From Lama guanicoe (Eukaryota), in assembly GCA_013239625.1 (NCBI GenBank), contig MU054391.1:4049824-4113823 (forward strand): 64,000 nucleotides of DNA. Direction: 5' to 3'. Positions 1 to 12,074 of this stretch are shown piece after piece. The translations under genes and the position numbers were made by a program. Under the pieces are notes generated by a model, which was not told where the DNA came from, searched no databases, and saw only the letters and a list, made by a program, of their open reading frames with translations. Position 1 is the stretch's first letter, and each line of letters opens with the position of its first letter.

Positions 1-1398
1 TCCCGTAAGGAAATGTCAAGGATAAACATACACAAAGTTCACTGGGAAAATCATTTTGACTACCTGATGTTAACTGGGGCAGTGTTAGTGATGGATGGTC
101 AAATAGAGAGAAAGCTATAGAAAAGTTCACTGATGTTGTAACCTTGAATTTATTATTTCCCTGAAAGACCTCTGCTTTGGAGTGGCATGCCCCCTCCAGC
201 AAACACACTCCAGGTTCAGGGAGGTTCTTGTAACGATCTATGGATGCTGTAACTAACGGCTAGTCTGCACCTAGTACAGAAATGAATATTTGCTCCCAAA
301 TTGTTCAGCTCCGTTTCCCAGGGACGACGAATGTTGTCTTTGAATTATATCACAGTTTGTGCCAAATCGTTATTTAAGAAATTAAACTGGCTGCCAATGA
401 CACATAAATAATGTCACATGATTTAATTTACAGGGACAACTTGAGGAACTTAAAGAATCTCTCGCTGCTCTGACCTGCGCAGACGTCTCCTCTGGTGTGG
501 CTGAGCCAGGCTGTCAGCTGAGAGTGGGCGAAGCTACAAGGTGGGAAGGACCATATGCTACAGACGGTTACAGATGGAAGCGAGGAAGCTCCAGTCAGGT
601 CACACCCGGAGGGGGCACAGGAGCAGGGCTGGAACCTCAGAGAAAATGTTTAAGGATGGGACAGATTGAACCGCACGATGCGTTCTGTGTCACAGCGTGT
701 TGGATTGCGTGTGACCACTGTCCTTGGAAGAGAAGTGCCCGTGGCTTGCTGCACTTGCAGTCGACCGTATGGTGCGTTTGCTTCAAACTACAGTAGACCA
801 ACTAATGTAGACAACGGTAAATCATCTCCCCTTTTTAAAAGACATTTTTGTACAAACATCTTCCTTTCTTTCTGTAAGCTTTCCTGGACTTGCTGCACGT
901 GGGCTGCAAAATTGACTTTTGCTTCCTTGAAACTAACAGAGAGAGAGGAAAAAAGAACAATCGTACAATTTTCAGACCCATAGAAATAAATTAAGCAAAA
1001 TGTGCTCTTTTTTCCTACCCAGGAGAAGCAAGTCTGTATACAGAACGAAAACGGTGAAAAGGACACCGCGTGAGAGTGTGTAATAGTTTCAACAACTGTC
1101 TTCAGGAAAATGCAACGTGACTTTCAAAGGCCTGCCCTCCGTGACATTCTGCCCCTCTCTGCTTGCTCCCTAAAGAATTTCTGATGCCGCGCAGGAGTGA
1201 GTCAGCATGTTTGTGTAAAACAGCACAGGAAACACGACCCTCCCTGGGTTGTGGGGTGACTCTGAGTTGCTGGAGTCAAGAAGAATCTCTCATTGTTTCC
1301 TCATTTAACAGCCATGAAACATAGCCAAGTTGTTAACCTAACTGATTCCCATAGAACGTACATGGACATTTCTGGGGGATGACAATGCATGTGGAAAT

Positions 1399-1437
1399 AC
1401 ACACGCACACACGCACACGCACATTCACACGCACACA
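1399..1437. repeat. (CA/CACG)n imperfect microsatellite
   Basis: acacacgcacacacgcacacgcacattcacacgcacaca seen directly. Confidence 0.9.
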
Positions 1438-1679
1438 GAGCTTGTTTGTGAATTACAGCACATTATTATACGGGCTACCGACACTGAAGACGGCAGACGC
1501 CCTCCCCAGGGCAGGCCTCGGCTCCCGGGAGGCAGTCATGTTATAAGCGGCCCTCCGGCAGCCTCTCCTCACACTTGCCCACACCAAGCGCATCTGCCAC
1601 TTCCCGCCCACTCCGCCAGCCCGAGGAATCTTTTTGCTGCCGTCTCTGCCTGTCAGCTTGACGTCTTTCTGTTCAATAG

Positions 1680-1830
1680 CATTTTTAGCATTGTCTGCAA
1701 ACTTGGAAATGACACGGCACACCCCCTCTTCCGGATTAATAAGTAAAAGAAGAAATAAGACTCATCCTGACAAGTATTTGGTAAAACATTCATTTACTCT
1801 TCAATATTCTTAAAGGAGCTGGTTTTTAAT
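1680..1830 (-). mobile_element. CR1/L3 LINE fossil, reverse-transcriptase core fragment
   Basis: Minus strand 1767-1684 translates G*VLFLLLLINPEEGVCRVISKFADNAK, gap-free against the CR1-clade RT motif GPVLFNIFINDL..G....SKFADDTK. Confidence 0.7.
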
Positions 1831-2056
1831 GTTCATGGTGGAGGTTCATTTTTTTTAGCAGTCTCTTGATCATTGAGATTTGAGTAATTTTAGATTTAGA
1901 TGTTTGTTAAGATACTTGCAAAGGAAAAATAAAATCACAGAGTGACAAAATATTGGGTCTGTAAATGTTATAGGAGACTTTTAGATGAACACAGGCCTCT
2001 GAAGTCATCCTTAAATCCTTGACATAATGTCCCAAGATACATTGAAAAGGGAGTGT

Positions 2057-2110
2057 CACAGAGAGACACAGAGAGAGACAGAGAGACAGGGAGACAGAGA
2101 CAGAGGGAGA
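2057..2110. repeat. (AGAGAC)n-like simple repeat
   Basis: cagagagacacagagagagacagagagacagggagacagagacagagggaga. Confidence 0.9.
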
Positions 2111-3019
2111 GGTGATAACAGAAGACAGGCCAGCCTTCCCTGAGGGCACCAGCGGAGGGGGGGCCAGCTCCACCCTCTGTCCTGGGACTGGTGTAGAGCA
2201 GAGCACAAGGGTGTGGATACCAAGGACTCTCCCCAGATCTCCTCCTTTCCTGTGCTGAACACGGGATACACGTTCCCAAAAGATCCCCGGGGATCAGCTG
2301 TCCGCAGGCAGGCGTGACCCGGCCCTTCCTCCGCACTGCTGTGGTCAACCCTCCCAGAAGGGAGCCCTGCAGAAAATGCTTTTTCCCACGTACTAAGCTT
2401 TTCCATTCCCCTCATTCAGGGAACTGGAATATTTAGGACGAAATCAGTATTTTAACTGGGGTGATGGCTTTCTGGAGAGTAACTGACCACCCCCACTGTG
2501 TGCACGGCCCCCCGTTGGCCCGGGGGATTTGGGGCACAGTGAGAGTCCAAGGCGGTGCTCAGGCTTGCCTGGCAGGATGGCTGCACCTGACCCACCAGGG
2601 CAACGTGCGCGGGAGAGCACAAACTGAGGGCTAGTTAGACGTGGAGGACAACAGTTCTCGCCATGATAGTAAGTGTCCTATTTATTTGGCTATTTTTACA
2701 GAATGCCAGAAACTTAAGTCTTCCGAAGTATTGAAATTATACAGAACAGCGGCTCCTAGCTAAACCCGACAAACCACAAAGCCACTCGTTCACCCATCCT
2801 TAAATTTATGGTTTGCCTCTGCTTTGTTCTTTGGAGTTTTCTCCTATTTGGGGATTTCTGGACAGAGATTCTTGCACATGTTCAGGTCCTCCAAGTCAAG
2901 AATTAAACACAGAATGCTTTTGTTTCCTCTTGAACCAGGAAATTCCATGTGACGTGTTCTTTCCCCGAAATACAACTTGTGCAGTCACTCAGTTATCTGA
3001 TTCTGTGACAAGTCCAATT

Positions 3020-3100
3020 CGTATGACTCTAAATTCTCTGAACTCAGTTTGTTCACTTGTAAAACAGGTTTAATAATGTCTGCCTCACGTGTTGCACGGT
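3020..3100 (+). mobile_element. MIR SINE fragment
   Basis: ctctgaactcagtttgttcacttgtaaaacaggtttaataatgtctgcctcac resembles the MIR core. Confidence 0.75.
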
Positions 3101-3384
3101 GTTTGGTGCCATTTTTCACTTTGCTTGAGTTACAGATTGGCATAAAGTGTCCTTTCTGGAGCCGCCCTCAAAGTGAACTCCTTTGCAAACATGGGCCTCT
3201 GCATCATCAAGGACTTGCACGTGGATCTCTGAAACGGTACCATCGCCATCAGGATTTGATCAATAAGAATGCATGAACTGGCAAGGGATAGATGATGGGT
3301 AAAGGGAAAGACGTGAGCTGATCCCCCTGCCCTCAAGATGCTCTCAGGATGGTGGAGGGTACCGCCTGAGGTTGGAGCAGGGCT

Positions 3385-3600
3385 GGCTGAGGTTGGGTCC
3401 CGGTTCTGCCACCGGTTTGCTGCACAGTTGTGGCATGGGGGGGTTCACTCTGTGTGGCTCAGTTTCCACACCTGGAATGGCCACAGCAACCCTCACTAAA
3501 TCCTAGGGCTATGAGGAGGGCGAAAGGAGTGAATTCATGTAAACCACTTTGAAGAGTGACTGGCACACCATCAATGCGATATAAAGGTTTCTTAAATAAA
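3385..3600 (+). mobile_element. MIR SINE
   Basis: cccggttctgccac...ctcagtttccacacctgg...catgtaaaccactttgaagagtgactggcaca follows MIR consensus order. Confidence 0.8.
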
Positions 3601-4926
3601 TTTTAAAAATAGGGGATCTAGTGAAGTTGAGGAGACAGCGTATTTCATGGCACTGCAGTGCGACCTAACAGGTGCCGGGAGAGGCGGGTGCAAAGAGCTG
3701 CAGAGTCTGAAGGCGGGGGCGACTGGCAGACCCGAAGAACGGCGGGGTCTGTTTGTCTCCAGTGGGAGCACCGCCCCGTGGGCAGTGCCGGGGCTGCGAG
3801 GCGGCGGGAGGCATGGGGCGCAGGGCGGCAGGCTCTTCTTGCCACGATGGGGGGTCAGACTCCTTCCTCCTCTTACCGGCAGACTCTCTTTTGGAATTCT
3901 GGCTCTAAAACTTCAAGTCCACAGAGAAGTGTTTGCTTTGCTGTGTGTTTCCCTGACAGAGAATCTGACTGAAGTTGATGCTGGCAAAGCCAAAGGCTGC
4001 ATGTCTGCAAATATCTGCCAGTTCTATTCTTGAATATTGACATATGTCCACATTCTACAGAGGGGTGCTCTAGGGATCTGATTAGAAATCACGAAGTCTG
4101 AAGCGTGGCCCAGGAGGTGCTAATTCCCAGGGGCCAACGGTGCTCAGTACTGAGGCACGGTGGCCCAGCAGGTCTCGGATGTCACTCCCTTCCTCCAGGT
4201 GTGCTTTTACCCAGCAAGGATTCCGACACTGGCAGAATTCACAGCTCCCTTTGCAAAGAGCGCCCAGCTCAAAGGAAGGGGTGACTTCTGTCCTTGTTTC
4301 GCCAAACCTACAGGTAGCTTTGGGACAATGGCTCTTGCCTTGTGTCATTGTTCCTTAAACAAGTGCTCTCTTCATTGGAAAAGTGATGATTTTATTTCAT
4401 TTTATTTTTAGAAAAAAAATCACTGTAGCGCTGGATGCCGAGGACAGCTGGAGTGCGTGGGACGTGGGACGCTATTTTTTCCTGGCTGCTTTGGGAACCA
4501 AGCAGATGGGTGGCCACTTGATTATATCAGGGGCCGTGCGTGGTGCCTTCCAGCTGTTGGCCACGTGAGCACATTTACTACGGGCAAAGGGGAGAATTTC
4601 CCTTCTGCTTCCCGTCTTCCCCTGGTCCCCCACTTCTTTAAACTGTGTTTCTGGGCTGCAGAAAGCACATCTGCTGACTTCTCCTTGAAATTCGCAGCCG
4701 AAGATTCTCCATGGGAAAAAACTTTCAACAACCTTCCGTAAAATATGCAAAGGGACCTTGCAGCACTCAGGTACCCGGAGCAGAATCTGGGCCTTGAAAT
4801 GAAGCAGTGCACTCACTCGCAAGACTGGCGGTTAAGACAAGGCCGAGGCCTCGGGAGGTCGTGCGTGGACCAGGGCAGAGGACAGTTCGGATGCTCCTGC
4901 GGTCCTAGGGGAGATGCTGAGGCTAG

Positions 4927-5040
4927 ATGTGCTTCTACTGCCCTGCTGGACAGCGGTGGTAACACTTTATGTGCATGTGAGCAATGTGCTTCTATTGCCC
5001 TGCTGGACAGCGGTGGTAACACTTTCTGTGCATGTGAGCA
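4927..5040. repeat. 57-bp tandem duplication, 2 copies
   Basis: 4927-4983 and 4984-5040 differ at only 2 of 57 positions. Confidence 0.97.
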
Positions 5041-6739
5041 CTTTACGGTTTGTAAGAGCTCCATGCTTTATACGTCACAAACGTGACTTTATCAACTCCC
5101 AGCCAAACACCAAGTATGGGAACCTAGTTTGTTCTCATGTCCTTCCATCCTCAGACATAAGCCCGACAGTTCATGGCTGACAAGATATAAAATCTCTTCC
5201 TACAGTAAGAGCGTCTGTGATCGTGTGGGTGGCGGTGGCACAGTGTCGTGACACTGATGGGTCTGGTCCTTCCTGTCCCACCTCCCTGCTCTGTGAGCCA
5301 CAGTCTACCCGTATGCTGAATGGGGATCGTCCCCTTCCGTGTGGGCCGCACAGGGTTTGGCTGGGTCAGAGGGAAGTGTGGGTGAGAAGCCCAGCGCCCT
5401 GGCGGTCAGACAGCCTCCTGTGCAGGTACTGATGGCAGGAGTTGAGTGGACCCCTGCTGGCGTGCTCTCAGGCACATGACGATCCCCTGTCGAATCTCTA
5501 TCAAACAGTGAACTTGAGGCTCCCAAACGTCTTACCTCTTTATGAAAATGAGGCCCCTGCGGATCGCACATCCTCTGGCGTGTCCCTTAGAAAAGGCTCT
5601 GAACACAACCACTTTTAGCAGAACTCTGCCTCGGTGATGCTCTGCGGCTTTGTGTCTTTTGTCCTCCCTGTATCTCCTTGGCTACGCCTTATGGCATGCC
5701 TAGGACGTAGCTAAGGCCACTGCGATGTCACCTCTGAGGAACCAATGCTTAGGGGCCCCTAAACAGGAATCTCCCAGGGGCTCATCTGGTCACAGAGGAA
5801 CTGGGTTTGAACCCGTGTCTCTGACGCCGACATGGGAGGCGGTCAGGGGCTCAGTTGTCGGAGCCGCACGTCCCGCTTCAGCCTCCTCTGAGGGAGCACG
5901 CACTTCCAGCACCTGCCTATCTCCTGGGTCACGTAAGACTTCGTCTCTGGCTTCCCAAGTCCCCGTGGGAAGGTGCCTGGATGCCAGCTCTGAGTTTCCA
6001 CAGAAACTTCTCAGTGCAAGGCAGGTACTCAGGGGCGGGCGCAGACTTGATTTTACAAGCACATCTGTTCCGTTTATTTTTGCTTCTTTGCAGTATTATC
6101 GACTTCTGCTCCATATGGGTGATCCATATTGTGCCTTGGTGCAATGATACCACATTATGCTTTTATGCCTTTATCATCAAACACTGCTCATGAAAAAATC
6201 ACCAGGTTTGCCTAGGTTCATCTGTTCAATTTATTTTTCCCAAACTTTATTTTGAATAAAACACCTACGGTAAATGTGATTTATGTAAATGAATAAAACA
6301 AAACTGTTATATAAGCTTTTTTGACATCATTCAGTCCCGTTCTGTCGGGGTGCCACTATACAAAATCTCCTGGCAGCCTGTTTTCCACAGGATTATATTA
6401 TTTCTGAAATCGCAGCGCCAAAGAGATAAAACTATAATATACTTTCAAACGCTTTAATTTAATTTTTTTCTCTTCTCTCCCCAAGCTCCCCATATGGAGG
6501 AAATCCAATATTTTAAAAGAAGCTTTTACTTATGAGAATCTTTCAGCACTATTCCAAGTGCCTGAAGCTACTCCTCTCATGCTCGCTGCATTTCTCCATT
6601 TCTCTCACACCTCGCTCCCTGATTTTATTTAAAGAATGGCAATCTATCTTTCCTTTTTTTTTCCCCCTTCTTCTTCTTTATTGTTACATTTTCTTGCTTG
6701 CTGCCCCCTGGGACCCTGAATGGAGGAATTTCCATTCTC

Positions 6740-7070
6740 TGAGCCTGCGCTGGGGGCCGGCCCCTGCGCCCCGGATTTACACACATTATCTCCCTTACGG
6801 CGCGTGCCGCGCGGCCCCGGGCTCTTATCTTCACCGGGCAGATGGGAAAGGAAGGCTCAGGGAGAGGAGGGCCCGACCAGCTCCAGGGCGCGCCGCTAGA
6901 CTAACCACCGAGCGTGCGGACACCCTGCCGCCGGCGGCCGGGGGGCATAAATGCCTTTGCACTCGCTCCCCCCAGGGCTCGGGCCACCACGGGCGGCTTG
7001 CAGTGGCTTCTGCTAACGGAGCCACGCGCTTGGCTGAGGCTGAGGCTGAGGCTCCCCACGTGGCAGACCC
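6740..7070. promoter_or_regulatory. Small CpG-rich island, no linked gene seen
   Basis: Dense CpG (ggcgcgtgccgcgcggccccggg, gggcgcgccgc, gccgccggcggccgg) against AT-rich flanks. Confidence 0.65.
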
Positions 7071-7074
7071 GTTG

Positions 7075-7205
7075 GGTCATTCTCAGCCCCTTTGTTCCAA
7101 CAGTGAGGAAACTGAGTCCCAGAGACACTGGGGTCATGACCCACCCAAATCATCACATCTACAAACAGGAAGTGCATGATTATAGAATCCTTGAACGCTC
7201 TGTCC
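7075..7205 (-). mobile_element. MIR SINE fragment
   Basis: cagtgaggaaactgagtcccagaga = antisense MIR core. Confidence 0.75.
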
Positions 7206-8547
7206 AGCACGCGTTGCCTATAAACTGCGCTCAGTAGAAGACCCACAGTGCCCGTCAGTGAAGAGGCCAACCCTTGATTAGTTCACTAAATGTAAGACAT
7301 TCTCAGTGTAGGTATTTTTATATCAAATGAAGTGATAAGCATTTCTATTTGATATAGTGTAGGTAAAAGATTTTCAAGTTACATATGACTAAATATATGT
7401 TATTATGATTACTGTAAATGTGAATTATTAAGAACAAAGATGAATCAAACTGATTTTCCTCATAAACAAAGTTCAGCTGGTTTGGGTACCTTCTGTTCGT
7501 CCTTTCCTGTTTGCTGGGCAATCTGGTACCAAAAGTCGGAACTGCGTCACTGTCAAGAGAGCCCCTCCTGGATTCTTCATTGAGTTCTTCAGATGCCTTT
7601 GTAAACTTCAGACACAATATTCAAATGCTGGACTCTTTAGCCCAGCGTCCCTTGTGGATTACTCATCAGGAGATGCATTCTCAGTACAGTCATCCCAGAG
7701 GCTGGGTACCCCCGGAAAGTTCATTCTCCAAATCCCAGATTCCCTGGTACCAGGATAGAAAGCTGTGAGTATTTTTGAAAGTCCCCCTCACTGCAGACTA
7801 GCAGGAAGCTACAGGAGAAGGACGCTTGAGGACAATAGAGCTGAGAGACAGGCTGGTATTTTCCACCCCATAATGTGATGTGAAATTACCATAGCCTACA
7901 AAGCAGTCATGAGTTCACCAGGCCCAATCAGCATGGCGTTTGTCAAATGGTAACTATGAACAGTCATTGCCCATCCAGCTCCTGCCAAGCAAATATCCGA
8001 GCATTTCTGTTTTAATGCGTTCTTCATTTGCTCATAACTCGTGTTCAAGCAAAGACAAAATTCTCATCAGTGTTTGGGGATTGATCTGTTTTTAATTATA
8101 GAACTAGAGATTCCGTATTGCTTTTGTTTTCCCCACTTTTTGGCTGCATTTTTACTGCAGAGAAAGGAACCTGCTCTCCACTGTTCCTGAAAACATGGCT
8201 GAGGGCATCTCACCAGCTTGCTCTCTGCTGCTTATGGAAAGAAAATCAGCTTGAAGTTGTTACTTTTTAAAGAGAGACTGACTTGTCATGGCCACTGCTA
8301 CCCTAAGTGAGGTGATGTCTTTCCCCCTACACCACTGGCATTTGACAATTAACAATGCAATGCCTTGCCCAATGGTTCTCCACTGCTGGGCAGGAGGGCT
8401 TTAAATTGTTTGAGTCATGAAAGCCTTTCCGGCACTTTTTTACCTTAATTGAGAGCAGTTAAGGATTGAAGAAAAGGTGAAGGGAAAGGCAGAGGCAAAA
8501 TTCTGGGTCTTGAGTTGGATTATAACAGCTGTGACCCCTGTCAGCAC

Positions 8548-8670
8548 GGTGATGATGTTGGTGATGGTGGTGGTGATAGTGATGGTGATGGTGATGATGC
8601 TGACGTGGTGGTGGTTGTAGTGGTGATGATGATTGTAGTGGTGATGATGGTGGTGGTGGTGATGGTGATG
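8548..8670. repeat. (GGT/GAT)n compound trinucleotide repeat
   Basis: ggtgatgatgttggtgatggtggtggtgat...; source of the poly-His and poly-Val ORFs. Confidence 0.95.
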
Positions 8671-9439
8671 TATGGCCCCAGCATGCGTTACTGCTACAGT
8701 TTCCCACGTGGATCGCGAGCAGCATTTGACAGGTGAGACAGCAGAAGCTCAGAGAGGTCTGGAATTTGCTCCGTTTGCGCTTTCAGCACACTTCTGACTC
8801 CCACATCACTGCTCTCTTTCTCCTTCTCCTTCTTTCTCTGTCCTTTCCCCAGTTTGCATCCATTTTGCTTCTAATCTGGTGTGATGCTCATGCTGAGAGA
8901 TGATCACACTGATTGTTTGGACTCTATATTCTTCCAGGGGGACTAGGAAGAGGTTTTGCTGTGCCACTGGTAGCACCACTTATTCAGGCAGACCCAGTGG
9001 CCAGTGAGCAGCTCTCCCTTACACGGCACCCCTGTCACACAAGGAATGAATCACACATTTGATTCCAGGGCACTGATCAACACTTTAGCCCCTCTGTGGA
9101 CAGAGTCAGTTTTCCCAGATTTTGGAACAGAAGAGAAAGACTTTCCCCCCAGTAAAAGATAAATCAACAGCTAAAAACAAGAACTTTCAAATGGTGACTT
9201 CCAGCCTATGGGCTGATATTGAAGTGTGCTGAGAAAGCACAGGGCAGCTTTTTTGAAGTTATTTAACCTTATACTAACCATATTTCTTTTTCTAAAATAT
9301 GTACATCGGCATGCTTAATGTGCCAAGTTCAACTGAAAATTAAATAAGTTAATGCACTTGAAAACATCAGCACACTCACCAGCACGATGAAGAGCTTGCA
9401 GAACTTTGATGTTATACTGTCTTCCTCAAAAGGCCCAGT

Positions 9440-9720
9440 CCTGCTCCCTGTTCATATTGCCCCTCTGAGACGGTGCTGGTTAACACTTCTCAGGCTTCCA
9501 GGCAGGAGTTCCAGAGTCTCAGGAATCATCCTCATTTCCACATCCCGTGCTCCATAGTCCGTGTCTAAATCCTGTCTGTCTATTTCAGACGTACCTCCTA
9601 GCTCTGTCCTCTCCATCCCCACGACCAGCTTCACCAGTTTTAGGGCCTCTGTAATCTCGTGCCCATGCATTATCTCATGCCCATCCAATTACAGCTGCCT
9701 TCAGTTTCCTTCTACTGGTC
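9440..9720 (+). mobile_element. L2 LINE fragment, left part, interrupted by L1
   Basis: ggaatcatcctc...aaatcctgtctgtcta...ctctccatccccac...atctcatgcc resembles the L2 3' region. Confidence 0.7.
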
Positions 9721-9727
9721 CACCCTT

Positions 9728-12060
9728 TTTTTTCCTTTTTTTTCTGAATAGGCTTTATTATTATTCTTGGACAGGTTTATGTTCATAATTAAATTGAGCA
9801 GAACATACAGAAATTTCCCATCTATCTCCTGCCCCAGTATATACACAACCTCCCCCACTGTCAACATTTCCCAACCAGAGTGGGACATTCATTGCAGCTG
9901 ATGAAACTACATTGACACGTCATTGTCACCCAAAGTCCGCAGTTTATATTGAGATTCATGCTTAGTGTTGTATATTCTATGGGTTTGGACAAATGTATAA
10001 TGACATAAAGCCACCATTACAGGATCACACAGAACAGTTTCACTGTCTGTGCTCTGGCTATTTATCTTTCCCTTCCCCCAACTTTAGTAAACCACTGATC
10101 TTTTTATTGTCTCTCTAGCTTCACCTTTTCCAGAATGTCACATGGTTGGAACCATATAGCATATAGCCTTTCAGAGTGGCTTTTTCACTTAGAAATATGC
10201 ATTTAAGGCCCCTCTATGTCTTTTCATGACTTGATAGCTCATTTCTGTTCAGTGCTGAAAAATAACCCCACTGTCTGGATGTACCACAGTCTATTTATCC
10301 ATTCACCTACTGAATGACATATTGGTTGCTTCCAAGGTTGGGCAATTATGAATAAAGCTGCTTTGAAAAGTCATGCATAGGATTCCGTGTGGACCTAAGT
10401 TGTCAGCTCAGTTGGATGAGGACCAAAGGGCATGACTGCTGAATCATGTGGTAAGAGCACGTTTAGTTTTGTAAGAAACAGCCAGTCTTCCAAAGGAGCT
10501 GTACCATTTTGCATACCCCAGCAGTGAATGAGCATCCCTGTTGTTCCACATCCTCACCAACACTGGTGTTGTCAGTGTTCTAGATTTTGGCCGTTCTAAT
10601 AGGTATATAGTAGTATCTCATTTTTTGTTTTAATTTGCATGTCCCTGATGACATATAATGTGGAACATTTTTTCTTCTTTGTGTATTTCTTCTTTGATAA
10701 ACTGTCTGTTTAGGTCTTTGGTATATTTTAAAATTAGGTTGTTTGTTTTCTTATTGCTGAGTTTTAGCAGTTCCTTGTATATTTTGTATGAGTTCTTTAT
10801 CATATGTGTTTTTTGTAAACACATTTTTTTCTAATCTGTGGCTCATCTTTTCATTTGTTTTTTTCTCTTTGCTTTTCAGTTTTGAGAGATCCCCAAGCAC
10901 AGAGATACTTTTCTGAGCCATGTCCAGTCTACTAATAAGCTCATCAAAGTCATTTTTCACATCTGCTATGATATCTTGATTTTTGACATTTCTGTTTGAT
11001 CCCTTCTTAGAATTTTTACCTCTCTGCCTACGTTGTCCATCTGTTCTCACATGCTGTCTTCTTCATCCATTGGAGGCACTAGCATATTGATCACAATTTG
11101 TTTTAAATGTCCTGTCTAATAATTTCAGTATTCCTGCTATGTCTGAGTCTGGTTCTCATACTTGCTCTGCCTTTTCAAACTGTGTTTTTTTTTTTTCTGC
11201 CTTTTAATACGCCTTGTAAATTTTCTTGACAGCCAGACATGATATACTGCATTAAAGAAGCTGCCGCAAATATGCCTTTAATGATCTGGTGGTGAGGGGA
11301 GGAGAAATATTCTGTAGTTCCCTGATTAGTGTTGGGTCTTTTAGTAAAAATGTGCCTCTGATAATAAACTTCACATTAACTTCTCAGTTTTTGTCCCCGC
11401 CCCCCGCCGCCCTTTAAGATGGGACACGATGGTTAGAGCAGGCTGAAGTCGGATGTGTTCCTTTCCCAAGTGAAAGGCTAGAGGAGGCTGAAATTGGGAC
11501 TTCCCCTTCCTTCAGGTGTAGACTTTGATAAAACCAGCAGGTTAGTCTCTGGTTAAACAATTTCTTCTGAGGGCAGATTTTGTGAAAAGGAACAGAATGC
11601 TCTGGCACATCGTATCCCAAAATAATTATTTTCCCCTCCGCGAGCCTACGAGCATGAGGGGATTTCCCTCCGGTACGCACAGTGAGAACCCGGTGGAGCT
11701 CCTGGAGGTAGAACTCACAGGCGTGCAGGGGCCCCTCGATGCCTGGTCCCGCTGGAGTCTTCATCTGTCAGACTTGCCCACCCTGAGCCTCCGGCAACTT
11801 GTCAAGCACAGTTTAGGTTTTCCTACCATGACACCGGCCCCTGCAGAGACATCTGCTCCTCAGTGTCTGCTCTGGTGGGCTGGGGTTCTCTGTATTTGCC
11901 TCTCAGTCTCTATCATAGTGAGGGGCAGCAGTTTACCCTGTGGCTTCAATTCCCTCACAAATTTACAAAGAATTGTTAAGCTTTCAGTTTGTTCAGCCTC
12001 TGACTTGTTACAGCCAAGTGGTGGCCTCTAAGGTTCTTACAGGAGAACGGGAAGCCAGAA
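9728..12060 (-). mobile_element. Ancient L1 (L1MC-like) with 3' UTR, ORF2 end, ORF1 start and 5' UTR, internally deleted
   Basis: T-tract and L1MC-type 3' end (tgatgaaactacattgacacgtcattgtcacccaaagtcc); ORF2 C-terminal remnant KIYKELLKLSNKKTNNLI; ORF1 coiled-coil remnant KNDFDELISRLDMAQKSISVLGD; GC-rich 5' UTR to ~12060. Confidence 0.88.
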
Positions 12061-12074
12061 CAGGCCCATTCTTC

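Noticed and set aside
2282..2295. 14-bp palindrome GATCCCCGGGGATC
   Set aside because: Several palindromes of this length are expected by chance in 64 kb
6532..7179. 215-aa ATG-initiated ORF
   Set aside because: Runs from a pyrimidine tract through the CpG patch into a MIR; no recognisable domain; explained by composition
8459..8736. Poly-His and poly-Val/Asp ORFs
   Set aside because: Translation of the (GGT/GAT)n repeat
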